Shown here piece after piece: positions 25,217-35,900 of a stretch of DNA of 64,000 nt. This stretch comes from Tubulanus polymorphus. Lineage: Eukaryota; Animalia; Nemertea. Each line of letters starts with the position of its first letter. The stretch's first letter is position 1. Both the position numbers and the translations under genes were made by a program. Below the pieces are notes generated by a model that did not search any database, was not told the DNA's origin, and saw only the letters and a program-made list of their open reading frames with translations. The stretch is from the NCBI RefSeq assembly GCF_964204645.1, contig NC_134036.1, forward strand, positions 9,775,859 through 9,839,858, read 5' to 3'.

Positions 25217-26173
25217 TTATTCGAGTTTTAGATAATCACTTTCTGAATCACTTTCACTATCAGACGCTAACAACATATTTAAATGCTCTACCGAATCTAC
25301 ACCAACATCTTTATAATTTTTTTTCACCTTTTTCACCTTTTTTACCACACCACCAATAGTTGTTTCATTGTTACGCTTATTGATCCTTTTTATCATATCA
25401 TCAAAAGTTTCTTCTTTATGTTTCATAGAATCTTTTATATCAATATGTTTATCTGTAACTATATCATCATGTGGGTGTATGGCATCATTTTCATTATCAT
25501 CTTTATTAGTGTTTGCTCCTAATATTTCATTTACAGTGTTTGATCCTAATATTTCATTAGCATCGGTTAAATCTAATTCATCTTTATTAGGTGTTGCTAA
25601 TAATAAATCTTCATATATTTTTTCACCATTTACTTTTTTATTTGAAACAAACTTTGTAACATATCTAAATGGGTGTTCTATAAATTCTCTTAAACCAACA
25701 CGTTCTATAACATTAGTAATATGTAAATTTGTATTCATATGTTTATTCCAATTTGATGGAGCGTTTGAAAATTCACCATTACAATAACCACAATAATTTC
25801 TATTTTCACTAACATCTAATATTATTTTATTATTAGATGTAGAAGGTATTACGTTATTAGATGTAGTAGGTATTACAGATGTAGTAGGTATTACGTTATT
25901 AGATGTAGTAGGTATTACGTTATTAGATGTAGTAGGTATTACAGATGTAGTAGTAGGTATTACAGATGTAGTAGTAGGTATTACATTATTATCAATTACA
26001 CTATTATTAACAACACCACTTTTATTATAATCGATTTCTATTAGTTTAGTTTTATAATTTTTAAAAATAGGATCAAATATCAAAGCTATATTACAAGGTA
26101 TTACATAATATAAACCATCATTATTTTCATGTGTATCGATGTATGGAATATGTTTATATACTTTACCTTCCAT
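25217..26173 (-). CDS. Hypothetical viral protein, 318 aa, with VIPTTS(NN) repeats and one C2H2-type zinc finger
   Basis: About 7 VIPTTS-type repeats; YCGYCNGEFSNAPSNWNKHMNTNLH; basic/acidic tail; TAAATG start. Confidence 0.8.
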   Translation of the reverse strand: MEGKVYKHIPYIDTHENNDGLYYVIPCNIALIFDPIFKNYKTKLIEIDYNKSGVVNNSVIDNNVIPTTTSVIPTTTSVIPTTSNNVIPTTSNNVIPTTSVIPTTSNNVIPSTSNNKIILDVSENRNYCGYCNGEFSNAPSNWNKHMNTNLHITNVIERVGLREFIEHPFRYVTKFVSNKKVNGEKIYEDLLLATPNKDELDLTDANEILGSNTVNEILGANTNKDDNENDAIHPHDDIVTDKHIDIKDSMKHKEETFDDMIKRINKRNNETTIGGVVKKVKKVKKNYKDVGVDSVEHLNMLLASDSESDSESDYLKLE

Positions 26174-26205
26174 TTATTATATATATTTTTATTAAAGTTA
26201 AAATT

Positions 26206-27453
26206 TTAATACATAACACTATCTAATTGTGAATTTATAATATTTAATTGTGCGTCAGATATAATATAAATATGCATTTTAAAATTTTTGATTCCCTTTT
26301 TCTTTGTCATGAATAATTGTATTCCATCTTTAGTGTTTTGTAGTTTTTTTCCAGAACCATGTAATGAATTATCTTCAGTTGTTCTAAAATCTAACCATAA
26401 TGCATATTTATTACCGGTATAATAATCAATTTGATTAATGTTACAATTTTCAAATGATTTTACTTTTTCATTCATAAAATGTTTTTTAATTTCTACCCAT
26501 TGATCTATCATTCTCATTCCTTGACAAAATATCTTATTCGCTATTCCTTCAATAGTTATTTCTACTTTTGTTATTTCAGGATTATAATAATTGTCAACAT
26601 TTATTGCGCCATTAGTATACGTTCCAATAGTAAAAAATATTAATATACCTTTAATAGATCTTCTAGGAAAGTTAATATTCTCATTTATTATTTCATCATT
26701 TGCATTAATAGTTACAGTTTTAAATTTATCAATATAATCATATAATAATGAAAATCCTTGATTGTATTGAGTTTGAATTGTTCTAGCAATATTTTCATCA
26801 GTTACTGTATCATATTCTAAACATATATTCGATAATTTATAACTCATATCTTTATTAACGCTAGATAATACAATTTCATTTACAGGAGCAAATGTTATCT
26901 CAAATATAACATCTTCTTGAATTGCGTATTTATATAAAGGTGCATTATTATTTATCAATTCAAAGTCTAATGGAATTTTATATTTGCTTCCATATATACT
27001 TTTTATTAATTTATCTACATCATTTGTTAATATTGCGCTATTAGCTTCTGATCTTAATTTATTTTGGTTTTCTGATTGGATTCCTTGAAATATCATATTA
27101 TTTCTGTTTTCTTTAGTTAACCATAAATCTTTATAGTGCATAAATAAATTATAATCATCTAATGAGAAAACTGTTTCTGGACCAATCTTTATTGTTAACT
27201 TTTTAATCAAATATCTTCCAACATTATCAACAACATAATTATTATTATTACCGATTACTTTTATATCAGCTGATAAATAAATACTGTTTGGAACGTAAAA
27301 AGTATTTTGTGTTAATCTAGGAATTCTAACGTATAAAGTTTCATCGGGATTAATATTTGAAGGGTTATGAGTAATTATATGATGTGATCTTTCTGCTTTA
27401 ATAGCATTAGATATTCTAGAAATCTTAGAAGGACTTATATAACTCCCACTCAT
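26206..27453 (-). CDS. Putative major capsid protein (double jelly-roll), 415 aa
   Basis: Size, beta-rich pattern (NPSNINPDETLYVRIP..VPNSIYLSADI..NVGRYLIKKLTIKIG..PRRSIKGILIFF..YALWLDFR) and context in a pPolB/ATPase element. The fold is inferred, not computed. Confidence 0.8.
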   Translation of the reverse strand: MSGSYISPSKISRISNAIKAERSHHIITHNPSNINPDETLYVRIPRLTQNTFYVPNSIYLSADIKVIGNNNNYVVDNVGRYLIKKLTIKIGPETVFSLDDYNLFMHYKDLWLTKENRNNMIFQGIQSENQNKLRSEANSAILTNDVDKLIKSIYGSKYKIPLDFELINNNAPLYKYAIQEDVIFEITFAPVNEIVLSSVNKDMSYKLSNICLEYDTVTDENIARTIQTQYNQGFSLLYDYIDKFKTVTINANDEIINENINFPRRSIKGILIFFTIGTYTNGAINVDNYYNPEITKVEITIEGIANKIFCQGMRMIDQWVEIKKHFMNEKVKSFENCNINQIDYYTGNKYALWLDFRTTEDNSLHGSGKKLQNTKDGIQLFMTKKKGIKNFKMHIYIISDAQLNIINSQLDSVMY

Positions 27454-27470
27454 TTATTTAACAAAAAAAT
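27451..27470 (-). promoter_or_regulatory. T-tract + TAAATG initiator (poxvirus late-like), example of class T
   Basis: The minus strand reads TTTTTTTGTTAAATAAATG at the MCP start. The same architecture occurs at 22410, 28925, 30330, 30782, 31224, 31470 and 31818. Confidence 0.6.
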
Positions 27471-27473
27471 TAA

Positions 27474-28925
27474 TTATTTATTTTTAATCATATTCACTAA
27501 CCCAAAAATAATTGCACTTACAACTGTAATTAAAAATAAAATAATATGTTCAGCAGCAAAGTTAAGAATATTACCTGCAGATTTTAAAACAAAACCAACA
27601 ATTGAAGCAATAACTCCTGGTAGTGCTGCAGCAGATTTCTTTGATAGTTCCCATAAATATTTTGCTAATTTCTTTAAACCATCTTTAACTTTATCTTATA
27701 TAGAATTATTACCTGGAGGTTTATCTGGTTTATTTGGAGTAGGAGTAGATTTTAAAGCATTTGATATAGCTAAACCTATTGTTGTAAATAACATAGTTAC
27801 AGCTGTTAGAATTGAAAGAATTGTTATTCCTTCAAACTTAAATAATAATTTTATTCTGTCTTTTAGTGATATGTCAGAATTTGGTTTTAGTATTAACTCT
27901 TTAACAACAACTTTTAATCTATTAATACAATAATCATATGATTTTAATAATAATTTCATTTTTTCTTTCTGAAATTCTATGTTATATTCTAAATCATCAA
28001 TTTCTTTTTCTAAATATGCATTTCTTTTTTTAAATTCAATTTCTTCAATAACTTTAGATTCTCTATCTAATTTTAATTGTTCTAATTCTTTTCTGGTGTC
28101 AAATAATTTATTTTCTAAAGGTTTAATTTTATTATATCTAATATGTTTTTCGCGAGCAATTTTATCAGCTTCATCTCGTATACTTATTATTTCTCTAATT
28201 GTTTTTTTAGAAAACATACTTAAAGCTTCTATTTCTTGATCTGTTGCATCAAGTAATCCATTCGGTAAAAGTTTTTCAGTTTGAACTTCAGTGTTTGATT
28301 TAAGTTTACTAGTTTTGGAAGTTATATTCTGTTCAGAAGTTGTTTCTGGTTCTAAATTATTATTGATTGTTTCAAATAATTCATTAATTCTTTGTTTAAA
28401 TACTCTTTCATTTTTAATAATTTCTTCTTGTGTTACATCTTCTATTTCATTACTATTTCTTATTCTTTTAATTCTAGATAGTAATGAGTCAGACTTAAGC
28501 AAAGTTGATTCTGCTAATATTTTGTTTTGTTTTTTATAAGAGATATCAATATAATAATCATCTTTCAAACGATAATAATATTCACCATCTAAAAACTTTA
28601 ATTCTTGTACTAAAAGTCTAGCGCCTCTGGTATTTATATTATATCCAGAATCTTTAAATACATGTTGAAAATCATACATAAATTCATTATATTCTAAATT
28701 TTGTTTTACTAAATCTGGATTTTCATTTTCAGGATTTATTCTCGATCTAGTTCTTCTATCAAATTCATCTGTTGATTGACCTTTAGAACCACTATCTGCT
28801 AAATTAGAATTATATGCTGATTCATCATCATTATCAATATTAGTTTCTGCATCATTATAATCATCATCAATATATCCTTCATTATTATTTCCCATGTCAT
28901 CCAATGGAATATCTTCTACATCCAT
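27474..28925 (-). pseudogene. Coiled-coil membrane protein (~483 aa) with one premature TAA at 27696-27698
   Basis: The frame continues past the stop as DKVKDGLKKLAKYLWELSKKSAAALPGVIASIVGFVLKSAGNILNFAAEHIILFLITVVSAIIFGLVNMIKNK*. Acidic N-terminus, long coiled coil, hydrophobic helix, Pro linker, then amphipathic and TM helices. Confidence 0.85.
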
Positions 28926-28941
28926 TTACATAATAAAAAAA

Positions 28942-30330
28942 TTAAAATTTAAAATATAATATTCCTCCGATTACAATTCCTATACAAGTTATAGCTAATT
29001 TAGTATTTTCATGGGATTTATTATCATCATTTAGTTTAATTATATCATGTTGAATTTTATCAGTTCTATTATTTTCTGATGTATTGTAATCTTTTATTTT
29101 AGAATCATTATCCAATTTAATATTTTTAGTTTTAGTTTCAGTTGATTGAATGTGTTTTTTATTTTTTTCACCTTCCATTAATTTTGGAGCAGTAATAATC
29201 TTTTTATTTATATCATTCAATCCGAATGAATTATTTATTGTTGCAGTTTTAATTAGATTATTATAACCAATTATGTTTTCCATCTTTAATACTAAATCAT
29301 TAGAAATAATTAATAGATTAGGGCCTATACAATAATTTAGTCTTACATGAGATTTATCTAAATAATTTTGATATCTTATAATGTTTTCTGGAATCGATCT
29401 ATTTTTATCATTATGTATGGAATCTTCAAATAAAACTTTAAACTGTTTTTGTGTATCGAATGATGTATTCAAATTTCCAATTATCGGTGATCTTGTTTCA
29501 ACTTGTGATCCTAGAATACAAATCAAATAAGTTCTAATAGATTGATTTATTCTTTCTATACCTGATTTAGTAAAACCTTCACTATTTTCTAAAATAAAAT
29601 AAACCCAACCATTATTGTTTTCTTGTTTTAAATTATCATAAAATTTCGGTAATTTATTGAAATTTAATGTTTCTAAATCATTTGTTTCTATTTTACCATA
29701 ACCTAATTTTTTATTATAGATATTATAAAAACTATTAGATGGTATGGGAAGTGCACAATATTCTGCAATCTTTCTAGGGCAAGGAAGTGATCTTATTGTT
29801 CCAATTTTTGTTCTAAAATCAGAATTATTTATATTTATATTAAATTCATTACAAATTTTATAAAACTTTGATAAATTGATATTATCATCTAATTCTTTGA
29901 AATACCTAGATCCTGGTAAAGCGCACTCTAATTCATTTAATATTATTCTGATTTGAAAGTATGTATGAAATCTAAATAAACTTTGAATTAGTTTATATTT
30001 AGAATTATTCAAATGATCATTCCAACTAATTCCACATCCTGTTGCTGCACAATAAACAGCAAAATTTAATTGATTCTGCCAATACTTCATATTAGATTTT
30101 AATAACCATTGTTTTTCATCTTTCAATTTTTTAAAATTAATTAAATATACATGAAATATATTTTCCATCTTTGCATTAAAATTATTAGTTTCAGTAACAT
30201 AAATTTCTAAATTAGTTAATGAATCTAAAACTTCATTTCTATATGTAATATCTTTATTAAAATCTATTGCAGGAATATTATATTTAATTGATTTATTATA
30301 TTGGAAAGCTTTTGGAAAACTATCTACCAT
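28942..30330 (-). CDS. Hypothetical viral protein, 462 aa, C-terminal membrane anchor
   Basis: Intact ORF; WQNQLNFAVYCAATGCGIS motif; terminal LAITCIGIVIGGILYFKF. Confidence 0.85.
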   Translation of the reverse strand: MVDSFPKAFQYNKSIKYNIPAIDFNKDITYRNEVLDSLTNLEIYVTETNNFNAKMENIFHVYLINFKKLKDEKQWLLKSNMKYWQNQLNFAVYCAATGCGISWNDHLNNSKYKLIQSLFRFHTYFQIRIILNELECALPGSRYFKELDDNINLSKFYKICNEFNININNSDFRTKIGTIRSLPCPRKIAEYCALPIPSNSFYNIYNKKLGYGKIETNDLETLNFNKLPKFYDNLKQENNNGWVYFILENSEGFTKSGIERINQSIRTYLICILGSQVETRSPIIGNLNTSFDTQKQFKVLFEDSIHNDKNRSIPENIIRYQNYLDKSHVRLNYCIGPNLLIISNDLVLKMENIIGYNNLIKTATINNSFGLNDINKKIITAPKLMEGEKNKKHIQSTETKTKNIKLDNDSKIKDYNTSENNRTDKIQHDIIKLNDDNKSHENTKLAITCIGIVIGGILYFKF

Positions 30331-30347
30331 TTATATAATTAAAAAAA

Positions 30348-30782
30348 TTAATAATTTATTAATTCTTTTAATAATTTATCTTGTTCTTCAACTGTTATAT
30401 GACCATTTAAACTTATTATATAATCTAGTGTGTTCTTTAATTTATTAATTTCTTTTATATTACTTTTGATTTTTTCTTTATTACTTTTTATATTTAATTT
30501 TGAACTTAAACCAGTTAAAACACTTGAACTTAATCCTAATACACCAATTGTTATAGCTAAAGGTGTTAATGGACTAAATATTGCTAGAAATGTTATTACA
30601 GAACTAATTGTAACCGAACCACTTATAATCACATAATATATAATTTTACTTTTTAAATATTTTTTCTTTTTTATCTTTAAGTCACTTTCAAATTCTAATA
30701 TTTGTTTTTCTAAATATATTTTTAATTTAGTTTTATTTATATCATGAGGAATAATATCAATACTATCAACTTTATCTTCCAT
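30348..30782 (-). CDS. Two-TM hairpin protein flanked by coiled coils, 144 aa
   Basis: IIYYVIISGSVTISSVITFLAIF-SPLTP-LAITIGVLGLSSSVLTGL; TAAATG start. Confidence 0.8.
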   Translation of the reverse strand: MEDKVDSIDIIPHDINKTKLKIYLEKQILEFESDLKIKKKKYLKSKIIYYVIISGSVTISSVITFLAIFSPLTPLAITIGVLGLSSSVLTGLSSKLNIKSNKEKIKSNIKEINKLKNTLDYIISLNGHITVEEQDKLLKELINY

Positions 30783-30801
30783 TTATTTAGAATAAAAATT
30801 A

Positions 30802-31224
30802 CTAATTAGTAAACTTATAAGCAACAAATATAACAATAACAGTTCCACCTAAAATCCATATTATTTCATATTTCTGTTGTTCTTTACTTGGGGTATAATA
30901 ATCTGATAATTTGGGTTTGTATAGATGTAATTTTTCTTTATTGGTTACTGCGTTATATAAACTCATTGCATCATCAACTGATTGAAAATCTCTATGTGAA
31001 ATCTTCTGATCATATAATTCTTTGTTAATATAATCCATATAGTTTTGTCTCTTTTCTCTATATTCTTCTGCAGCTTTATTGTATTTCTCTAACGCTAAGT
31101 TATGTCTTCTTTGTTCTCCTAATGAACTATTTTTATCAATATGTTTAAATAAATAACCACCACCAGTAAATGCTAAAGCGTTAACAATTGCCGATCCTAT
31201 AATAGTTATAATTGCAGAAGCCAT
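30802..31224 (-). CDS. Small membrane protein, 140 aa, hydrophobic N- and C-termini
   Basis: MASAIITIIGSAIVNALAFTGGGYLF ... IIWILGGTVIVIFVAY; TAAATG start. Confidence 0.8.
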   Translation of the reverse strand: MASAIITIIGSAIVNALAFTGGGYLFKHIDKNSSLGEQRRHNLALEKYNKAAEEYREKRQNYMDYINKELYDQKISHRDFQSVDDAMSLYNAVTNKEKLHLYKPKLSDYYTPSKEQQKYEIIWILGGTVIVIFVAYKFTN

Positions 31225-31248
31225 TTATTTAGCAAAAAAATTATGCAT

Positions 31249-31470
31249 TTATATGGGAGGAATATATTTTTGTTTTTCCAAATAATCAATTGTTAAATTA
31301 GATAAAGTAACCGCTAATGTTAACTTTAAAATATCATTTATATCAAATCTATCAACATTAACACTTCCCATTTTGAATACTTTTTTTAATACCATTGAAT
31401 AACCAACCGTTCCAACTGATAGTAATGCGCCATTATATAATCCAGTTATTATCCACTTATTATCACTCAT
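31249..31470 (-). CDS. Small hydrophobic protein, 73 aa
   Basis: Two hydrophobic/amphipathic stretches; TAAATG start abutting the upstream stop. Confidence 0.75.
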   Translation of the reverse strand: MSDNKWIITGLYNGALLSVGTVGYSMVLKKVFKMGSVNVDRFDINDILKLTLAVTLSNLTIDYLEKQKYIPPI

Positions 31471-31818
31471 TTATTTATCAAAAAAATTACTATCTTCAAA
31501 ATATTTAGTTATCTTAGTGATGATTATTTCAACATTTATTTCATTACTAGTTTTATGATTATCATATATTTCAATTATTATTTTTTTAATATCATCGATG
31601 ATAAAATCTTCATCTAATTCGTAAAATCTTAAAGACTCAGTAATCTTTTCTACATTAAAAGTTTCTTTATCTATTGTTGTTTCATACTCAAATGTTGTTT
31701 CATTAGAAAATGCAATATTTTTGATATGTGTAATTACATCATTAATGTTAAATTTCATTTCTTTCTCACGTTTAAAATCAAATCCAAAACATATACTCGG
31801 TCCAACAGTTATAATCAT
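31471..31818 (-). CDS. Hypothetical acidic protein, 115 aa
   Basis: Intact ORF that tiles the gene block; TAAATG start. Confidence 0.65.
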   Translation of the reverse strand: MIITVGPSICFGFDFKREKEMKFNINDVITHIKNIAFSNETTFEYETTIDKETFNVEKITESLRFYELDEDFIIDDIKKIIIEIYDNHKTSNEINVEIIITKITKYFEDSNFFDK

Positions 31819-31834
31819 TTATATAGTGAAAAAA

Positions 31835-32590
31835 TTACTCTTTACATCTTATAACTAATTCATATATCACAGGAAAGTTATTTAAATCAATTAAGTATCC
31901 ATTATGATTTCTTATTTCTAATTTAAAATTATTAAATTTAGGAATGCAAGGTTTAAAATCACATTCTGTTAAATTATAATTTATTTGAGTTCCAAATTGT
32001 TTAACATTTTTTAGCGGTAAAATATTTAGTATACTAGAACTACAAATTGTTTCTTTAGTTGCTTCGAAAGTTTTTGTAGGCTCGATTAAATTGCAATAAA
32101 TATAAAAGTGTGTAAAAGGTATTATATTTGAGCTGCCTTCTGCGTTTCCAGTAACTGTAAGTGGTTTAATTCCTAACATTTTAGCCAGTGGTTTGTTTAC
32201 CATAAATTTATGTTGTTCATTAGATATTTTTATTCTTATTTTATTAGTACTATCAATTTTATTAAATTTAATTTCAAATACAGAACTACCCCCGATTTTC
32301 AACCGAGCTCTTCTATTAATTTCCTGCGCTAATGATTCTAAATTATATAATCCTGGTTTTAAAAATATATGAAACCATTTATCTTTATTTCTCATATAAA
32401 TCATAAACCCTCTATGTTCAAAAGTTTTATCCGATATATTATAAAAAGAATTACATAAACTTATATTAACTAATTTTAAATCTACACAATTCTTAAATTC
32501 TCTATCTAATTGAACTAGTAAATTATGAGATTTATAATTTGTAAGTTTTCTAGAATCAACAAATATTCTGTATTCTTTTAATTCCACCAT
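31835..32590 (-). CDS. Putative minor capsid (penton, single jelly-roll) protein, 251 aa
   Basis: Penton-like pattern IFVDSR..LKLVNISLCNSFYNI..PGLYNLESL..LAKMLG..YIYCNLIE..LEIRNHNGYLIDLNNFPVIYELVIR. Confidence 0.8.
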   Translation of the reverse strand: MVELKEYRIFVDSRKLTNYKSHNLLVQLDREFKNCVDLKLVNISLCNSFYNISDKTFEHRGFMIYMRNKDKWFHIFLKPGLYNLESLAQEINRRARLKIGGSSVFEIKFNKIDSTNKIRIKISNEQHKFMVNKPLAKMLGIKPLTVTGNAEGSSNIIPFTHFYIYCNLIEPTKTFEATKETICSSSILNILPLKNVKQFGTQINYNLTECDFKPCIPKFNNFKLEIRNHNGYLIDLNNFPVIYELVIRCKE

Positions 32591-32607
32591 TTATTTTACA
32601 TATTTTC

Positions 32608-32949
32608 TTATTCGAAATCAATATCGTGGTGCCCTTTTTCATTCTTACCTTTGTATACGAAATAGAAATCTCCAGAACATAATTCTTTTAGATCTTCACT
32701 TGATAATCTATGAAATCTATCTGGTAAATAAGTTCTGAATTTATATTTATTTCCTTTTAATCCTTCATATTCTAAATGAATTACTAATTTATCTCCATAT
32801 TTGTTAGTAACTGTAACAATATTTGTAATTAAATATTTCTTGTGAATTGTTAATTCTGTTAACTTTTTGAATTTATAATCTACAGATTTTACATTTGTGG
32901 TATCTTTAACTCTATCTAAGAATTCACTGTGTACTTGTTTACTCTCCAT
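32608..32949 (-). CDS. Small beta-rich protein, 113 aa, possible OB-fold nucleic-acid-binding protein
   Basis: FKKLTEL..KKYLIT..TNKYGDKLVIHL..TYLPDRF..FVYKG; adjacent to pPolB. The fold is an inference. Confidence 0.65.
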   Translation of the reverse strand: MESKQVHSEFLDRVKDTTNVKSVDYKFKKLTELTIHKKYLITNIVTVTNKYGDKLVIHLEYEGLKGNKYKFRTYLPDRFHRLSSEDLKELCSGDFYFVYKGKNEKGHHDIDFE

Positions 32950-32977
32950 TTATTATACAAATTTTTATTGAAATTTA

Positions 32978-35900
32978 TTAACACGTTAGAATCCTTTTCA
33001 TAATTTCATTTTCTTTTGTTTCTTCTCTTTTGAATTTTATATATTCATCTAAATTGCAACCATAGGCGACTGTGTGGATTCCATCATCTAAAATATATCT
33101 TTTATCATCAAATGGGTTTAGACTTATCTTCTCTATCTCTTCAATAAACATTTCGTGGTACTCAGATCTTAAACATTTCATCTTATGTTTTCTAACTTCT
33201 TCATTAAATATACAATTGATGTAATCTTTGAAATGAATATTCTTTTCTACTACACTTTTAGTAATTCCTTTTAACTTTTTAGCTTCATGTTCTTTAGTTT
33301 TATATGAATACATTTTAGATCTAATACCAATGAACTCTATCATTTCTTCACCACCTAATTCATCCTTAAACTTCCCAGGAACTTTTTTATTATCATTGCT
33401 AAACAATTCATGATTTTTTGGATAGTTACTAAAATCAAAATGATGTTTTAATGATTTTAAATCATCTTTTATATTATCACTTTTTATCTTTAATATATAA
33501 CTGTCAGTATCTAGATATAATATTTCTATATTTTTTTCTCCAAAATGGGGTTGTAATATGTTATAGTAAAATTGAAACATTAATAATTTTGAAATTTCTA
33601 GAACTGATGCACCAACATAAATAGGTTTATTGAACTTCATAGAAGTTCTTCTCATTTTAACTGCTGCTAAATTTTCATCAAATATTCTGTTGCCTATAAA
33701 TTTCGGATACGATTGTAAATGTCTAATTCTTTTACCATTACTAACTAACTCAATATCACTTCTATTTCTTATGTTTTCGCAAGTCTTACCATAGAACGCA
33801 TTATTCATTAGTTTAAAGTAATCTTTTTCAAAATCAGTTTTAGCTTCAGTTCTCTGTGTAGTATTAAAATCTATATATTTTTCTAACCACTTAGATTGAT
33901 TAAATGAAATATATCTATGTACTTTTTTTAATATCATTCCTTGATTCAAATAGAATTTTAACATTCTATAATGCACAACGTAATTATATTTATCTTCTTG
34001 AGTTACCATTAACTTTTCAGTATGAATATGATTATCGGGTTTAATTCTTTTTTGATAATTTGATAATTCTTCATGTTTAACAATTTTATGTTCGGGACAA
34101 TATGCTAGATTTCTAGATTTGAATTTAATATTTTCGGGGTATTCTAAATCTACAACAAAGAAGTAACCAATATCTGAATCATCTGCAATATCTAGGATTC
34201 TTTTCTTCCAATCAAATTTATCAATTTGTAAAACTTCAGTTATTTCAAACATCCCATAAGGTTGTGGTTCCATCATTGCCCAACCATAAAGATTATTTGC
34301 ATCTATGTATAATAATTTATATCCAGGATTATCATTTACATTGAAATATCTATCACCCAATACACCTGAAACACCTCCTCTTATAGATTTTTCAAATAAT
34401 AGTAATTGATCTATATTTGTTAACAAATCCATTTTTATATCTGTAAATTTTAATCCACAATCCCATGTTAATCCTGGTGATGAATAACAATGACATGGAT
34501 CAATGTTAAAATATTTTAGGTTTACATCTCTAAACCTTTCGAATATATCAGTTAATAATAATACATCTGATTTTAAATATAAATCTACTAATTGTCCATG
34601 ATTTTCTATTTTGAAATGATTCCAAATATTCAATGTTCTATTATAAACTTCATCTTTAACATATTCATTTTTTAATTCATCATAGAATTGTTCTTTCAAT
34701 AATTCAGTTATTTTAAAATCATTATGATTTTTATAGAAAGAATATGGAATCGCTCCTTTATATCTCATTAATTTAAAATCATCATAATTTGGGTAATATT
34801 CTTTTAATATCTTTAATTCATCATCAACTAATGATTTAGATAAGTTATCTAATGAACTATTTAAAAATCTATATGAATCTATAAATCTTAAGCATCCAAA
34901 TTGGAATGATATATAATTCTCAGATGTTTTAGCTAACATTCTAAATTTATAAGTTGGTATTTTATCTTTTGATCTATTTGAATTTAATATTTCTATTTCA
35001 TTATTAATTTCTTCTATTTTATGACATAGTTGCTTAATGAATAAATGCGCGTCATATCCTGATAGATTATGAAATATAACTGGTACAAAATTAATTTTCT
35101 TAGCTTGTAAGTTACAATTCTCATGTGCAGCGCCTCTAAACTTTCCGTTCAAATGATCATGGTCTCTTACTTTTTTATCTTTATAATTAAATATCTTTTC
35201 ACAATAATAACATTTATCTGTAAACTCAAATACTTCTTTATCTTCTTCTGTCATAATTATTTCTTTATTTGTATTCAATAATTTACTAAATCTTATTTCA
35301 TATTCAATTAATAAGTCACAAAAATGATTGATAACATTTTCATTTCTATAATTATAATATTCACTTTCAATTAGTTCTGGGTAATCAGATTTTATATATA
35401 ACCCGAAAGCAGCAGCTGATTGATGAATCTTTTTAATAGTATTTGTTATTGGTGGTTCATCTGAAAAATCATTTTCATTAGAATTTAATTTCTTTCTTTT
35501 ATAATATATTTCTTTTCTATCTTGATCAGTTAATTCTTTATTTAATGATTCAAAATCTCCATATATTACAAATGGTACTTTATTTTTGTAATCATATTTT
35601 TTTGAATTCTAATATTTTATCTTTTTCATTTGGTAAAACTAATTTACAATAATCATGATTATCACATAGTTGTTTATGATTTAATAATGTACTTTCATTA
35701 CTAAATTTATGTAAACATTTTCTACATAGATATATTTTATGGTGATCATTTTCTGATTTGAAAAATAAATCTATTTGTTTAATCCAAATATAATGATTCT
35801 CATAATATAGTATATCTATAACATCGTTTGAATCATAATCTTTTGATAGGTATAAAGGTTCTAATGTATAATGTTTAATATTATTTCCTTTCGTATTTGG

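Noticed and set aside
23529-30636. Opposite-strand ORFs inside the Polinton (23529-23741, 25283-25787, 27979-28539, 30430-30636)
   Set aside because: They are shadows of real genes, lack the element's TAAATG start and show no motifs.
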